A model generated the notes under the pieces. The model made no database searches, was not told where the DNA came from, and saw only the letters and a list, made by a program, of their open reading frames with translations. This document shows, one piece after another, positions 1 to 13,185 of a stretch of 64,000 bases of DNA (the first letter of the stretch is position 1; each line of letters starts with the position of its first letter). The stretch is taken from positions 2,351,891 to 2,415,890 of the forward strand of contig CAJFCJ010000002.1 in assembly GCA_904063045.1 (NCBI GenBank). The letters run 5' to 3'. The translations under genes were made by a program, and so were the position numbers. The stretch is from Dimorphilus gyrociliatus. Lineage: Eukaryota; Animalia; Annelida.

Positions 1-43
1 TAGTGTTTAAGATGTCAATTTTTAATCTTTGATTATTATTCAG

Positions 44-2648
44 GTGGCAATGGCTACTGGGCAAATCCTTTTTCAAAGGTTCTATTATTCCAAATCATTC
101 GTTCGACATAACTTCGAGGTATTTGTGTACATTTTTATATAATACCCGCATTATGTTTAAAAAATATACAAATTTTTTCAGGTAGTAGCCATGGCTTGTA
201 TTAATTTAGCTTCTAAAATAGAAGAAGAACCCCGTCGAATAAGAGACGTAATTAATGTTTTTCATCATATAAAGCAGGTTAAAGAGGGAAAGTGAGTTGA
301 AGAAGCCTTGATTTTTCGTTCTGTAACTAATACAAAGTTTTTACTTTACTAGATCGATCGAACCGATGATTCTTGATCAAACATATGTCAATTTGAAAAC
401 CCAAGTTATTAAGGCGGAGAGACGAGTATTAAAAGAATTAGGCTTTTGCGTTCATGTCCAGCATCCACATAAGGTGAGCTTTGATTCTTCTAAGGGATTC
501 TAAAAGAAATTGTATTAAAATATTTACTTATCGTATATCGACAATTTTATGCAGCCATCCCAGACTTGAAAGATCAGTAGAAAAAGCGAAGCATCTTTCA
601 ATCAGTTTTTTTTGCCTATTTTCCGCCCACAGTAAAATTCTTATATTGAAAAATCATAACCTTAGCTGAAATTTTCCAGATTATAGTGGTATATCTTCGA
701 GCTCTTCGACAACAAGAAAATAATTCATTAGTACAATCTGCTTGGTAAGTTTCTATTCTAAATATTATGAGACCCTGTCCATCGTTACTCGTTGCCTAGT
801 TTAAAGCTGCTTCCAATCTTTCGAAATCAGCTAACAAAAAAAAAACGAAAAGGAAATTGTAATTTCAATATGGTCTTCGCATAACAAAAAAATACATAGA
901 TATATATTTATATATTTATATATATATAATTATGTTCGTAAAAGACATTAGATTAGTATATTTATATTTGGTCGAAAATGGAAGTAGCATGTTAAAAAGT
1001 ATTTAAAAAAAAAAGTTAAAATTTGATTGTTCAATGTTGACTTTATGGCTTTTACCTAACCAGTTAAACAAGAAAAGTTGTGGCGAAATTGAGCGATTCT
1101 CCCCAATCATGATTTGGTGCCACATCAAGATTTTCGACATCTTTTCTGGTGTATCAGGTGGTCCTGTACGCCTAGCACAGATTCATTTCTTTCTAATAAT
1201 ATTACAGTAATCTATTTTGTCTTATAGCTATTCCTACAAAAACTATTATTCAAAATCGTAATTTTTAAAGATAAGGATTTACGGTAAAGTATAATCATTT
1301 GCTTGAATGTTGCCGTTCAAAACATTTGAATGACAGTTTTTTTTGTAAAACATGTGATAGATGTTTTACCTTAGCAACGCTTTTTAAAGATCTACGTATT
1401 CAATAATTAAAACATGCTTAGAGCAACCTCAAGAGGAGTGCTAAAGCTCTCAAACTTCTCTTCTCCGACTCAGATGATGTCAGGTAAAGACAGATATCTT
1501 TCTATTATTTAATTGCCTATTCCTAGATAAGACGGACGAGACTTGAAAATATTTTTTTTAATTTAAAAAAGTTTTTATTATTTTCCTTCAGCTGGAAAGA
1601 CATTGTATATTTTCTAATATAAAATAGATATAGTAAATCTTTAGATGGCGATGCAAAGGTTGAATATCTCTTTTCTATGATGTGAAAATTCTGCTTGTGA
1701 ATAACCCAATACAGGGTCTCTTAACGCATTATAATTACTTGGCAGAAGAATATGTTTTTGCACGTAAATTATTTACCCACAGGAATTATATGAACGACAG
1801 TTTGAGGACGAATTTATGGCTTCGATATAAGCCAGAAAGTATAAGCTGCGCCTGTATATTTCTGGCTAGTCGAAATATGCAGGTTCCCCTCCCCAACTCT
1901 CCGCCATGGTACCGAGTTTTTGGAGCAACAGACGCTGAAGTAGAAGATATCGCACTGACAATACTTAATCTATACGAATTGAAACGCATGACGGCTGATT
2001 TTTTAGAAGAAAAAGTTAATGCTGTTAAAGCTATAATAGCCGAAGCAAAAATGAAAGCCAAACTGTCAAATCTGGCTGTAAACGGAACAAATGATGTCAT
2101 TGCTACACCTCCAAGTGCAGTTAATAGTAGTCCAGAGAAAAAGGAAACTCCCAAGCAGAATGGTACCAATACGAGTGATAAAAGTGACCATAGCGACAAA
2201 CCAGTTAAAGAAGATTCTGAAAAAGAAAAAACTAAACCACTTGAAGAAGAAAGAAAACCAAAAAAGCGCAATTATCATTCGCGTAGCAGGTAATATTTAT
2301 ACTCTATGATGAACTATTTTTATTAAATTTCTTTTATCAAAACTTGTAGTAAAACGAATATATTCATGAGGTCATTATTAGTTTAGCGGGCAGACTAAAA
2401 ATGCCTCCTATCTAACGGTTTCTCATATTCGTCAAATATTTTATAGATCTCGATCACCTCATGCTAGACGACGCGAATCGCCCAGAAGAAAATGGGATGA
2501 TGGGGGTCACAAGAAAAGCCGATATCGTCGTCATTCCTATTCGAGATCTCCTCCAAGAAGTTCTAAGTCCAAGAGCCATCACTACAGTAGCAGGCATTCG
2601 CCAGGTTCATCGAATAGCAAAAAATACAGAAACGGCTATAAACGATAA
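44..2648 (+). CDS. CCNL1: Cyclin L (CCNL1/2-like), 5' end outside window; cyclin boxes plus C-terminal RS domain
   Basis: Spliced exons give [25 protein letters not shown] / [29 protein letters not shown] / [24 protein letters not shown] / [12 protein letters not shown] / [10 protein letters not shown]..., then an RS-rich last exon (2447-2648) ending TAA. All junctions are GT-AG and in phase. Confidence 0.95.
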
Positions 2649-3201
2649 GGTCAAAGATTATGTACATTTTAAAAACCTGATTGTAAAAATTTGTTAAGAA
2701 AGCTTGTTTGATATATGATAGAGAAATTTTCATTCTCCGTCAAAGTCCAGAAATGTCTGTTCTTATTTTTAAAAAAAATATCTTAATGCATTTGAATCAT
2801 GTAAACGCATCATCTAAGGCTTTAAATACATAGGTAATTCAAATTAAGTTTATTCAAACACACAAATTCAAAGAACTTAAATATATTTGTTTTCATCTTT
2901 GTTAATATTGTATACTGTTCATATTTTCAAGATTTGTTTTTCAAAGATACAATGAATCTTAAAAATCGATAAATGATTAGAGACACATTGATTATACTTA
3001 ACTAAACAGTATATCATTAATATAGATGGCGTTACATTGGACGCAAAAATATACTTGTTCAAAGATAAACACTTAATTGTGCAGCCAGCTCTTGATGACT
3101 AACATTTTTGGTATACGTCGTCTGCTAGATCGGTCACAGTAATTGAACTCTCCCTTTGCATTATGAACTGTGTTTTTTCATATTAGTTTTTAGTCGAAGT
3201 A

Positions 3202-6200
3202 ATGTTTCATTCATTAAGGAGCGCTATTAAAGTAAAAAGCATAGTCATTATTGAAGCAACAGCAAACATGTCAACTGCGAGAATTCCAGCGATCAATCTA
3301 CCTTGCGGTATGAAACTTGCAGCTCCCTTTTTCGGAAAGGAAAGGGAAACATTTTCTTCGTGCAAAGATTTACCACCTCTCCCAATCCCACCCTTAAAAC
3401 ATACTATGGAAAGATATTTAGATTCAGGTAATAAATAAATTATTTCACTATTAATTCAAGTTGTATTGAATAGAAAAATAAACAGCAAAACAGCAATGTT
3501 TTCGAGTCAACTTTTCTTTTTTTTTTTTTACATATATTACATATATCTCTTTTCTGCCAACTGTCCAAGGACTTAGAACTATTGAAACAGTAATTGTAAC
3601 ACAAAAAAATAAAACAAGGTTAATCGATAAGTTAACTTTATCCAAAAGAGTAATGTGCCTTTACTCGATAAGGTGCATTTATCATTTGATAAAAACTTTA
3701 AAAAAACATAATACAATTTAGAAAAGTTTCATAAAATATTAATCTATTTCATTTTTAAACTTTTAGTAAAACCCTTTTTAAACTCAAGCGAATTTGAAAA
3801 AACAAGTAGACTTGTTAAAGAATTTGAATCCGGTGTGGGACAAGAGTTAAATCTAAAACTTCATGAAAGAGCTAAATATCAAAAGAATTGGGTATGTCAA
3901 TACTCTTTTTATTCCTCTCTTTATACTGTATATAAATTATATAAAGGTATATTTAAAATTTTTAATATGCTATTAATCGTTCTAGCTCGAAAAATGGTGG
4001 GAAGATGTAGCTTATTTAGAATCGAGAATGCCTATTGCTCCTTTTGTAAATACTTGTGGACCTGGTAACAAATTAGCTTTTGTCTTTTGAATTAATGAAA
4101 CTAATAGATTTTCCTTTAAGGTGCCTTTGCTGATGCAAGCTTTGCATCATCAGTTGAAGGACAGATACCTAGAGCTGGTCTTGCATTATGGTATTGTCTT
4201 CAATTTTGGAAATTGCTCAAAAAGTATGTGATTGAAAGTCCCTTTAAAATATCTTAATATACTATAAATCTAATATTATGAGTTAATTCACTCAGGGAGG
4301 CTCTGACAGTTGACAGAGATTCTGAAGGAAACCCATTCTGTATGAATCAATTCTATAGATTATTCAATTCGTGCAGAACTCCTCATAAAAACATTGACAA
4401 AATAAATGTCCATTTTAAAAGTGGTAAATTATAAATATCTTCTATTGTTTATTATTTAACGCCCAGTATAATCTCTTTTTAATTGTAACTATTAACTTTA
4501 GAAACTGAAGGATTTTCGCCAACGCATCTTACCATAATTTGTAAGGGTAGAATTTTTACTGTTCAAGTAATCGATGAAAGTGGAGAACCTTTTAATGTAC
4601 CTGAATTAGAACAACAAATGCAAAAAGTTAGAAATTACTGTGATAGTAGGCCTTGGGGATCATCAATTGGAGCCTTAACGTCAATGGATAGAGATGAATG
4701 GGCTAACGTAATATTTGTTATAATTCGATTACTTTCAACTAATTGTACTTTTGTATCTTTTAATTTCTTTCATTTATTTAGTTAAGAAAACATCTTATTG
4801 ACCTTGATAGAGCAAACGAAGATCACTTAAAGGTTATTGAAACATCTGTTATGAACATGGTATTGGATGAAAAAGAACCAAATGATTTAAGTGAAGTAAT
4901 TATTATAAAAATACTCTTTGCCCTCTTTAACCTTAAACTATAAAGTTTACTTTTAAAAGGTATCTTTAGAGGCTATTGGAGGCGATTGCCGTAATAGGTT
5001 TTTTGATAAATCTACATCAATGATTTTCTTTAAAAATGGTAAAAACTGCTTAAATAATGACGTAAGTAAATTTATTTCCATATCGTATCTTCTTTCAAAA
5101 AACTATTGAAGATTTATATATTAATTATTCTTTAAATAGCACGCACCTATGGATGCAATGACTTTTATTGTTATGGCAAATTTTTCAAATATAAGTCACG
5201 CTTTAAACGGTGGCAAATGGATAGTAAGAGAAATTTCTTCTTCTTCTTCTTCTAATATTCATGATATTAATATTCAACAATATACATTTCACCTTAGGGA
5301 ACAAAAACCATACGTAAAGACCTACCCGAACCTAAAGAATTAGAATTTACAACAGATAGAAAAATAGAGAATTCTATTAAGAAAGCAATTGACGATTTTG
5401 ATGAAGCGGTATATTTTAACGAACAATAAATTAATTCATGCCCTAATTACTCTTTCTTCTTCTTTTAGTGTAATAATATTGATTTAAAATCTGTGATTTT
5501 TGAAGAATTTGGTAAAACGGAATTGCGCAAGTACAAACTTCATCCAGATACTGTTGTTCAACTTGCTCTACAGTTAGCTTATTACAAAATGACTAAGAAG
5601 TAAGTAAAGGAAATACAAATAATAATATTTATAATTTATTTCATCTATTTTCATCTTTTATAGGCCAGCACCAACATATGAAACTGCAACTACTAGGAAG
5701 TTTTATCATGGACGGACGGAAACCATTAGATCTTGTACCGCTGAAGCGTTAGAATTTTCCAAGAGTTTCGTCAACGGGCAACATAATGCACAACATCTTC
5801 GAAAATTATTAATGAACGCTATGAATAAGCATAATCAATTGAGAATTGAAGCGCAAAACAATTCTGGTTGTGATAGGCATCTTTTTGGTTTAGCATTAAT
5901 AGCTAGGGAAAATAATTTACCTTTACCTGATTTGTATTTTGACGAAGCTTTCATAAGAAGTGGTGGTAACGGAAATTACAAATTATCAACCAGTTTTGTT
6001 GGATATACACCAATTTATGGGGGTGTTGCTCCTATGTGTGAAAATGGATACGGTTGTTTTTACTCAATGACAGGAAACAGGTAAAAAAAGAATTTTTAAT
6101 TAAAACTTGAAAATAGTATTTAACTTTTTTTTTTAAAAAAAAAAACAACCACAGAATTAAATTCTTTTGTACAAGTTGGAAACAAGACGAGGAAACGAAT

Positions 6201-6281
6201 ACTTCGCTATTTATTAATGAATTATTCATTTCTCTAAAAGATATCATGAAAATTATAGAAACTACATCTTCAAATCTATAA
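3202..6281 (+). CDS. CROT: Carnitine O-acyltransferase, CROT (octanoyltransferase)-like
   Basis: LPPLPIPPLKHTMERYLDS, catalytic HAPMDAM, LHPDTVVQLALQLAYYK, PTYETATTRKFYHGRTETIRSCT, CDRHLFGL, LSTSFVG. Last exon ends ..TTSSNL-TAA. Start codon uncertain (3202 or a downstream ATG). Confidence 0.9.
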
Positions 6282-7278
6282 AAATAGGACGAATGAATGC
6301 TCTTTATAAGCGAATTATCTCCAAATTTTTCTCCTTGACAAACGTAATTTCAACAAAAAAAAGAATAACATGAAAGAGAGAAAAAAATGGAGTTTTATAT
6401 AAAAAAAAAAACATAAACGAAAACTAATTTACATTGATTTGACAAGAAAATAACTGTTTTTAATGTAATAAAATATTTTTTTTTTTAAAAAAAAACTTAA
6501 CCGAAAAATAAAAATAATGAAAATACAGTTTATTTGGCAGTTATAATTTGGAAAATTTGAATTAGAAATGGTTAAAAATTAATTCGGTAGATAGTACTCT
6601 TGAAAGATAACGAATTTTGAAGTTAACAAAAAATATGAAACGTACATGATAATCTTGTTTTTTTATTGATTCATTCATCAAAAACGTATTCTTTTTTTAT
6701 TTAATTCAATTTATTTTTAGGCTATAGTTATCTATAAGTCGTCTATGGATTACTTGTAGCTGTGAGATAATTTATCGTAACTAGGCGGCGCTCTAATCAT
6801 TCTTAAAATTAATAACGTGACATACTGTAAAAACGCCTTAATAGCCATTATATATTGGATCTCTATTTTAATCTTTATTCATTTATTATCTTTGAGTATC
6901 ATTTTGGATTAATAACAAACGCGAATGAAGCGAGAGATGAACCAAATGCAATTATTAGGATTGTCTATTTGAAAGTAAGTACCCTATATACGCATTTTTT
7001 TCTTTCGAAGCAAAATAAACAGTAATTAATCTAAATGTAAAAAATAAAAAGCCATAAATCTTTGACCATAACAAAAGCTAAAAGGTTTAAAAAGGAAAGA
7101 AACAATATTGTATTTAACACTTGTAACTTTAGGTAAAGACTGGAATGCTTTAAAAATTTTATCACGTTTTAATCTTGTTTTATCAGTGAGAGATTTATAA
7201 ACTTATTTTATTATATTATATAAAATATGAACAAATTTACATTCTTTAGCAACCTGCAGAAATCATTTATGTCCAACT

Positions 7279-7604
7279 ATGGCAGAGGAGACGGAAGGAG
7301 AAAGAAAAGTTGAAATGCGAAATAAAAAATCTCCATCGTTCAAAGCTATAAGAGGAAGCTTGAATTGGCTTTATAACATTGAAGATTTTAACTTGAATAA
7401 AATTGGAGAAGGATTCTTTTCTATTGTCTACAAGGTAGTATTATCAAGTGTTATTGTTTCTTTTGCTTTTTCGTTTGCAAATAGAAAAAGGTAGGCATAA
7501 AACAAGATTGAAAAAAAAGAAAAAAAAACAAATTTAATATAATAGCTAATTAATTAATTAATTTAAACAAAAAAAGATTAAATATTTATTACATTTAATA
7601 GGCG

Positions 7605-7636
<32 letters not shown>

Positions 7637-9737
7637 GAGGAAGTTTACCGCTTTAATTTGTGGTTGAAGTTTAATTAAAATGGAAAAATGATTTAAATAA
7701 TCATTTAAAACACACTTTTGTTATTAAATTATTATATGTTCACCAATTTAATCAGAAGACTAACTATATATTAAAAAACTCTATAATGTATTAATAGATT
7801 GTAATATTTTCTAATTTGACAAAATTTAACACCTCTTCCTATCTCCTTCTGTCTCTTCCTTTCTTCTCAACTTCCCTTTCGTTTTGATCAATCAATAAAA
7901 CTATGCGACGTTTTAAAATAGCTAGAAAAAAAGGGAAAAAAGTTAATATCTCCACGTATTATATGATAGTCTTTTTCTTTTCATGTTTTCTCATTTATAA
8001 CCTACTTTTAAACCACACATATGAAATGTATATTTTGTCAATGTTTCAGTACGTTACACTAATGCCACACCCTTTTTACAGTTACAGATTGAGAGAAAAA
8101 AGCATCTCTGTAGGATTTTACCTATAAAATAAAATTCTATAATCTCTCTCTCTCTCTCTCTCTCTGTGTAGTTTAATGGGAATATTACACAATAAGTATA
8201 TATACAGTATATACTGTATATAATTCCTTTTTAATTTAGTCTTCCTTGTTATATCAACAGAGCCTTCGATACTCTTTCTTTCTTTATAAAAATAGTCTAT
8301 AGTTCCTCTCACGTAATACAGACTTTCATTATTTTCGCCAAAACCTTTGCTTTATGAAACATTCCATGGTTTCAGGCTGTAAATCAAGAAACATCGGAAA
8401 GCTTGGTTCTAAAGCGTTTAAAGATGAAAGAAGAGAATCCTAAACGATTCGCCCTGCATTACAGAACAGCCTTGAATGAAATTGAACTATTACGAAAACT
8501 TTCTCATCAAAATGTCATCAAATTGAAAGGAGTTTGTACAGAGAATGGCCATCTTCATCCTCTCACGGAACTTATGGATGGAGGCTGCCTTGAGTCGGTC
8601 ATTTTGGATGACAATAGAAGTCTTGCCTGGAGCACTAGACTACATTTGGCTTTAGACATTGCCAGGGGTATGAAATATGTGCATAGCAAGGGATACATAC
8701 ATAGAGATTTAACAGCCAGTAACATTTTATTAAGAATGACTAAGAGCAGAGAAAAACTACAGGCAGCAGTTGCTGACTTTGGTCTAGCAACTAGAATCCC
8801 AAAGAGAGGTTTTCGTTTACCTACTGTTGGTTCACCGTTCTACATGTCTCCAGAATGCTTGAACTCTAAATTTTACGATGAACGAACAGACGTTTTCTCT
8901 TTTGGTATTATTCTGATACAGTTGATTCTAAGGTGCGATTCGGATCCCGAAAGGATTGCAAGAACAAATGCTTACGGTCTTGACTATATCGAAGTTGGAA
9001 AGAAAGTCAAAGGGACAAAATGTCCCTTGGCATTGTTAGCCGATGCATTTTACTGTTGTCAGGTTGATCCCAAGGAAAGACCTAATTTTTCGAAACTATC
9101 ACTTGATTTGGGAAGATTATTAAATTCTCCCAATTATCAGGAAATAGTTGCAGATCAAGAGTCTTTATCCGAAAATGTTCGGTCAACATATTTGAAAAAG
9201 ATTGCTGATAGTATTAAAAGTAAAAACAACGTAGGCCAAAAGTTACCAGGTGGTCATCTAGTTTCGTTGACCGCTTCCGTTATTGGTGATCTAATGTCTG
9301 AATTAGATACTGAATATGCTCCTACTATATTAGATAGAAGTATATTTGAATTAAAATTCCAACGAAGACAAAAATTTCTACCTGGAAGTACGTCAAGTGA
9401 TGAGTTCCTGTGGAGAAGTATGGACGATTTAGAAAGTTCTTTAAGCTCTCTTTCGGATAATGAGGCTGTATTCCAATGGAATAATTCGGCAATCAGAAAA
9501 CAAAAAGACGAAGAAGTCTTATCCGAAGGTAGTGACGATGATGACTCAGGAATAGCTGTTGGATTCTTGAATGGAATGATATATCCAACGCATAAAAACA
9601 AAGTAACAGATAGACCTGACGGAGAATTTATTACTCCAAATACAGTTTGGACACTTGCAAAACAATGTGAGGAACGGGATAGGGAAGCTCCAAGCTCTTT
9701 AATAAGACAGAAGAGAAGGAGTTCATCAGAATACTAG
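7279..9737 (+). CDS. TESK2: Dual-specificity TESK/Cdi-type (LIMK-related) protein kinase; two exons (7279-7434, 8376-9737)
   Basis: KIGEGFFSIVYK, VLK, HRDLTASN, DFGLA, VGSPFYMSPE, DVFSFGIIL, DPERIARTNAYGLD match TESK-family motifs. Phase-0 intron. TESK1 versus TESK2 orthology is not resolvable. Confidence 0.85.
7605..8165. repeat. (AT)n at 7605-7632 and (CT)n at 8143-8165 in the TESK intron
   Basis: Perfect dinucleotide runs. Confidence 0.95.
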
Positions 9738-9938
9738 AAACAGTTGATTTATTCTAACAGTGAGAATATTTAAAACTTGATTGTTATTCGTGTTTTAGTA
9801 ACGAAACTTTTAATAAAATATTACTATATTTGTACTATATGTTCTAGTTCTAGTGAGATATCTTCTTATAAAAAAGTATATAGGATTAATCGATAATTTA
9901 ACGATGGTTCCAGACCAAAAACCGTGCTAGCCTCTGGG

Positions 9939-10540
9939 CTATTTTTTTCTGTTATAAGTAACAATTGGTTTGGGTCTGACTTTAAATATCAATTTTCTCT
10001 GTATAAGAGCGACTACACTATATTCACTAGTTCCTTCATCTTCGTTTCTTCTTTTTATCATTACACCTAACGATTTGTCCAATTGTTGTTGTTTTCCATA
10101 TAGAATATGATGGCCGATAATTAGGACAGGTATATTCTAATTTCAAATAATTAATTCGATTTAATGATTTTTTTTAAATGAAAAGATTCTTTTTCAACAA
10201 ACCTTGTTTGTAAAATGTAAATCACCTAAAAACTTCCCATCAAAAGAATCGTGACCCTCGTGTAATTTGAGATCTCCCTGCAGTTCTATTAAAGCCCATT
10301 CTTCAAGGCCCTCAGGGCTTTGTCTGAAAGGAAATCTTATTATCTCAAGTATAGGCAATGATAATTAAGCATATTTCTGTTGAAATGACGACTCGAGTAA
10401 ATCTTATCATTTATTAGATAAGCTTGTAGGCGGTTTGGGTCAACACCCAACTAATGTTATGTACAGTAGCGTCGAATATTAGAACTATCATCAACTGTAG
10501 TTAGAAAATCTGCTTACATTTTCAAGGGGATTTGTACCAT
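9939..10540 (-). CDS. CHTF8: Chromosome transmission fidelity protein 8 (CTF18-RFC subunit); not in the supplied ORF track
   Basis: Three exons give MVQIPLKI / QSPEGLEEWALIELQGDLKLHEGHDSFDGKFLGDLHFTNK / NIPVLIIGHHILYGK...YSVVALIQRKLIFKVRPKPIVTYNRKK*. This matches the CTF8 motifs EW.L.ELQG, LGDLH, L.IGHHILYGK and IF..RPKPI. Confidence 0.92.
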
Positions 10541-11332
10541 TGTCGGATGAATGGTAAAATAATAATAGTTCGTGATATGGCGCCAATTTTTCAAATACTT
10601 TATATTATCGCTCACAAGCTCTATTCAACCTGTCAAAAAGATATTAAAAAGATTATTAAATTTAGAGAATTAATATAAGACGTCTAAAAATTTGAAATTT
10701 CCTTTGCTAGAACAAGCGAAAGAACTTAAAGTTAAAGAAGCAAACCTCAAAATACTTGAGGAGATATTAGCTTCGAGACATCGCGTCGGTAGAGGGACAT
10801 AATTTTGGGCGGGAAAATTTTACCAATCCATCCTGATTTCTTGAACTCTATCGTAAACTACCCGAAAGTGCTGTAAAGATTTTAAATACATTGTAATAAG
10901 GAGTAAGGAAGAATAAACCGTTCTTGAATAGGATATATTCAAATTTTGAACATCTTTAAAAAAGAATAAATTATCTTATTGACTGCAAGTAGAAGCACTC
11001 TTTTCAATTGTTTACCAATATGTATTTAAATGTATAGATGAGAGTGATTTTCCAATTAAACTATTAGATTATTAAAGAATATATCTAATCATCTATTAAT
11101 AAGAATTCAATAGCTTCGCTTCCAAAGTAGAACAAAGAGAGAAGATAAAATTAAATAATGATAAAAAATAAGATTTCCGAAGATATCCAAACACATACTG
11201 TAGATTATGTATAAATAAATATACACTATCTATACTTTATATCTTAATTTTTAACCAGAACTACTTAGATATTAAAAACTGTTTTTATGTAGACTAATAG
11301 CTAAAATATTTATTGAGATCATTACAAGAAAC

Positions 11333-12447
11333 ATGGCTTATCCTTTTCTTGTCTGCCTTTTTACTTTTATAATATTCTACGTAATCAATAAAATTTGGTC
11401 TAAATTGGGAACAATAAGAATAAACATGGTTCATAAATTTATATTAATAACTGGTTGCGATAGCGGTTTTGGTAAGGCTACAGCCTTGAAAATGGATTCG
11501 ATTGGTTTTAAAGTAATTGCTGTTTGTCTAACTGAGCCTGGTGTAGATTATCTTCGGTTAAACAGTACAGTAAAACCGTTTAAATGCGATATTAGTAATA
11601 GAGAAGATGTTAAAATTTTGCAAAGAGAAATTGAACTAATTCTAAATGAGAATAGTAATAGCGTTTTATGGGCAATTATTAACAACGCTGCAATTTCTGG
11701 TGTTGCTGCACCATTTGATTGGTTTGAAGATACTTCAGATTTACAAAAAGTTATTAATGTTAATTTAATAGGAACAGCAAATTTAACTTTACAGGTAGAA
11801 TTTCATATTGTTTTTATTATAAAATATCTAAAAATATCCTCCTGACACCGATAGCTTTTAGATTTTATCAAGCAAAGTAACGGTCGTATAATAAATACCG
11901 CAAGTTTTTTGGGTAGATTGGCATTTCCGTTTTCTTGTTCATATTCCTCATCGAAGTTTGCAGTTCAAGGTTTTACCGATAGCCTAAGAAGAGAGATGAA
12001 ACTCTGGAACGTGAGTGTACATACTGTAGAACCCGGTTATTTTTTAACACCAATGACACAAATTTCGGCGGCTACAAAGAGAAAATTTAATAATCTATCT
12101 GAAAACCTTCAGAAGGCCTATGGAGAGAAGTTTGTTGAGAAACGTAAGTCAATAATAATTCTATATAAGATAAGAATATATTAAAAAGTAAAAGCTAAAC
12201 ATTTCTATTATAAACAGTTCTAGGAGAAGAGCGCCATTTTATGAAATTTTTTGCTCATAAAGACTTGAGCCCTGTAATTGATACTTACATACATGCCGTA
12301 TCTGCAAAATATCCTAGTGTAAGATATAGGGTGGGTATCGATTCTTATCTCTATTCTATTGCAGCTAACATATGCCCAGACTATATTTTAGATTTAACAG
12401 TAAATTTTATATTAAAAATGAAAGGAATAAACAAAAAGGTACTTTAA
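11333..12447 (+). CDS. Short-chain dehydrogenase/reductase, retinol dehydrogenase / 17b-HSD6-like (SDR9C)
   Basis: N-terminal hydrophobic anchor, TGCDSGFG Rossmann motif, INNAA, catalytic YSSSK, VEPGYF.T, Y..AV.AKYP..RY.VG.D; three exons. Confidence 0.9.
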
Positions 12448-12504
12448 TCTTTTATTCTAATATGAAAGTCCGATTAAATTAAGCATAATTAGATATGTTT
12501 ATAT

Positions 12505-13092
12505 TCAAATTTCAACTTGAATGTGTCGCTCTGTTAGCCCCATTTCCGTTTCTTGTTCCGTCACTGATGGGTTTTCCTTTAGTGGAGGATCTATTGAGTC
12601 ATCCGTTGAATTTGGAGTTATTAAATAATCTGGAGGGATTCTGAAACTATTGTGATTTGCAACACATCTTAGAATTAGAGCAGCTGTTAGAGCTAGACAA
12701 AGTATCCCTATTATAACTAAGGGAGTTACGACAGTTAAAGGCTGTGAATTAGACGGAGTTTCGGCTTTCAACTTTACTTTTCCAACAACAGAAGTATCTT
12801 TAGGATGTAATAATTCATTCACTCCAGATTTTGAAATTATATTTGAACCATTTCCAATCGTTTCATTTATCATTTGAGAACTTTGATTGTTATATACTTT
12901 CCAGGATGAATTAGTAATTGTTTCATTTTGATTATGTAAGTTTAAATTATCTTTTGAAGAAGGAGAAGGAGAAGAAGGAACAGAAGAAGAAGAAAAAGAA
13001 GAGGAAGAAGAAGAGGAGGAGGAGGAGGAGGAAGAAAAGCTAATTAAACATCCATAGAAAAAGATGAAATAAATTCTTCCTGCAGGAAACAT
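12505..13092 (-). CDS. Uncharacterised intronless type-I membrane protein (signal peptide, poly-Ser/mucin-like ectodomain, one TM helix, about 50-aa tail)
   Basis: 195-aa ORF with a hydrophobic N-terminus, a Ser run from GAG/GAA repeats on the + strand, several NxS/T sites and TM segment PLVIIGILCLALTAALIL. Confidence 0.7.
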   Translation of the reverse strand: MFPAGRIYFIFFYGCLISFSSSSSSSSSSSSSFSSSSVPSSPSPSSKDNLNLHNQNETITNSSWKVYNNQSSQMINETIGNGSNIISKSGVNELLHPKDTSVVGKVKLKAETPSNSQPLTVVTPLVIIGILCLALTAALILRCVANHNSFRIPPDYLITPNSTDDSIDPPLKENPSVTEQETEMGLTERHIQVEI

Positions 13093-13185
13093 GTTTAATT
13101 TTGTCGTTTCTCTATTTTTATCTTTTTATTTTCTTTCATGAACCTTTTGAATTTTCAAAATAAAAATATCAGTAAATAGATGATA

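Noticed and set aside
1786-2271. 161-aa hydrophobic minus-strand ORF, and similar ORFs at 9254-9601, 21859-22179, 40607-40819, 45451-46341 and 45747-46085
   Set aside because: They are antisense shadows of well-supported exons with Lys/Glu/Asp-rich codons.
10711-10802. Short + strand frame EQAKELKVKEANLKILEEILASRHRVGRGT* after an acceptor-like site
   Set aside because: No upstream coding exon or homology found; it lies in the CTF8 5'/promoter region.
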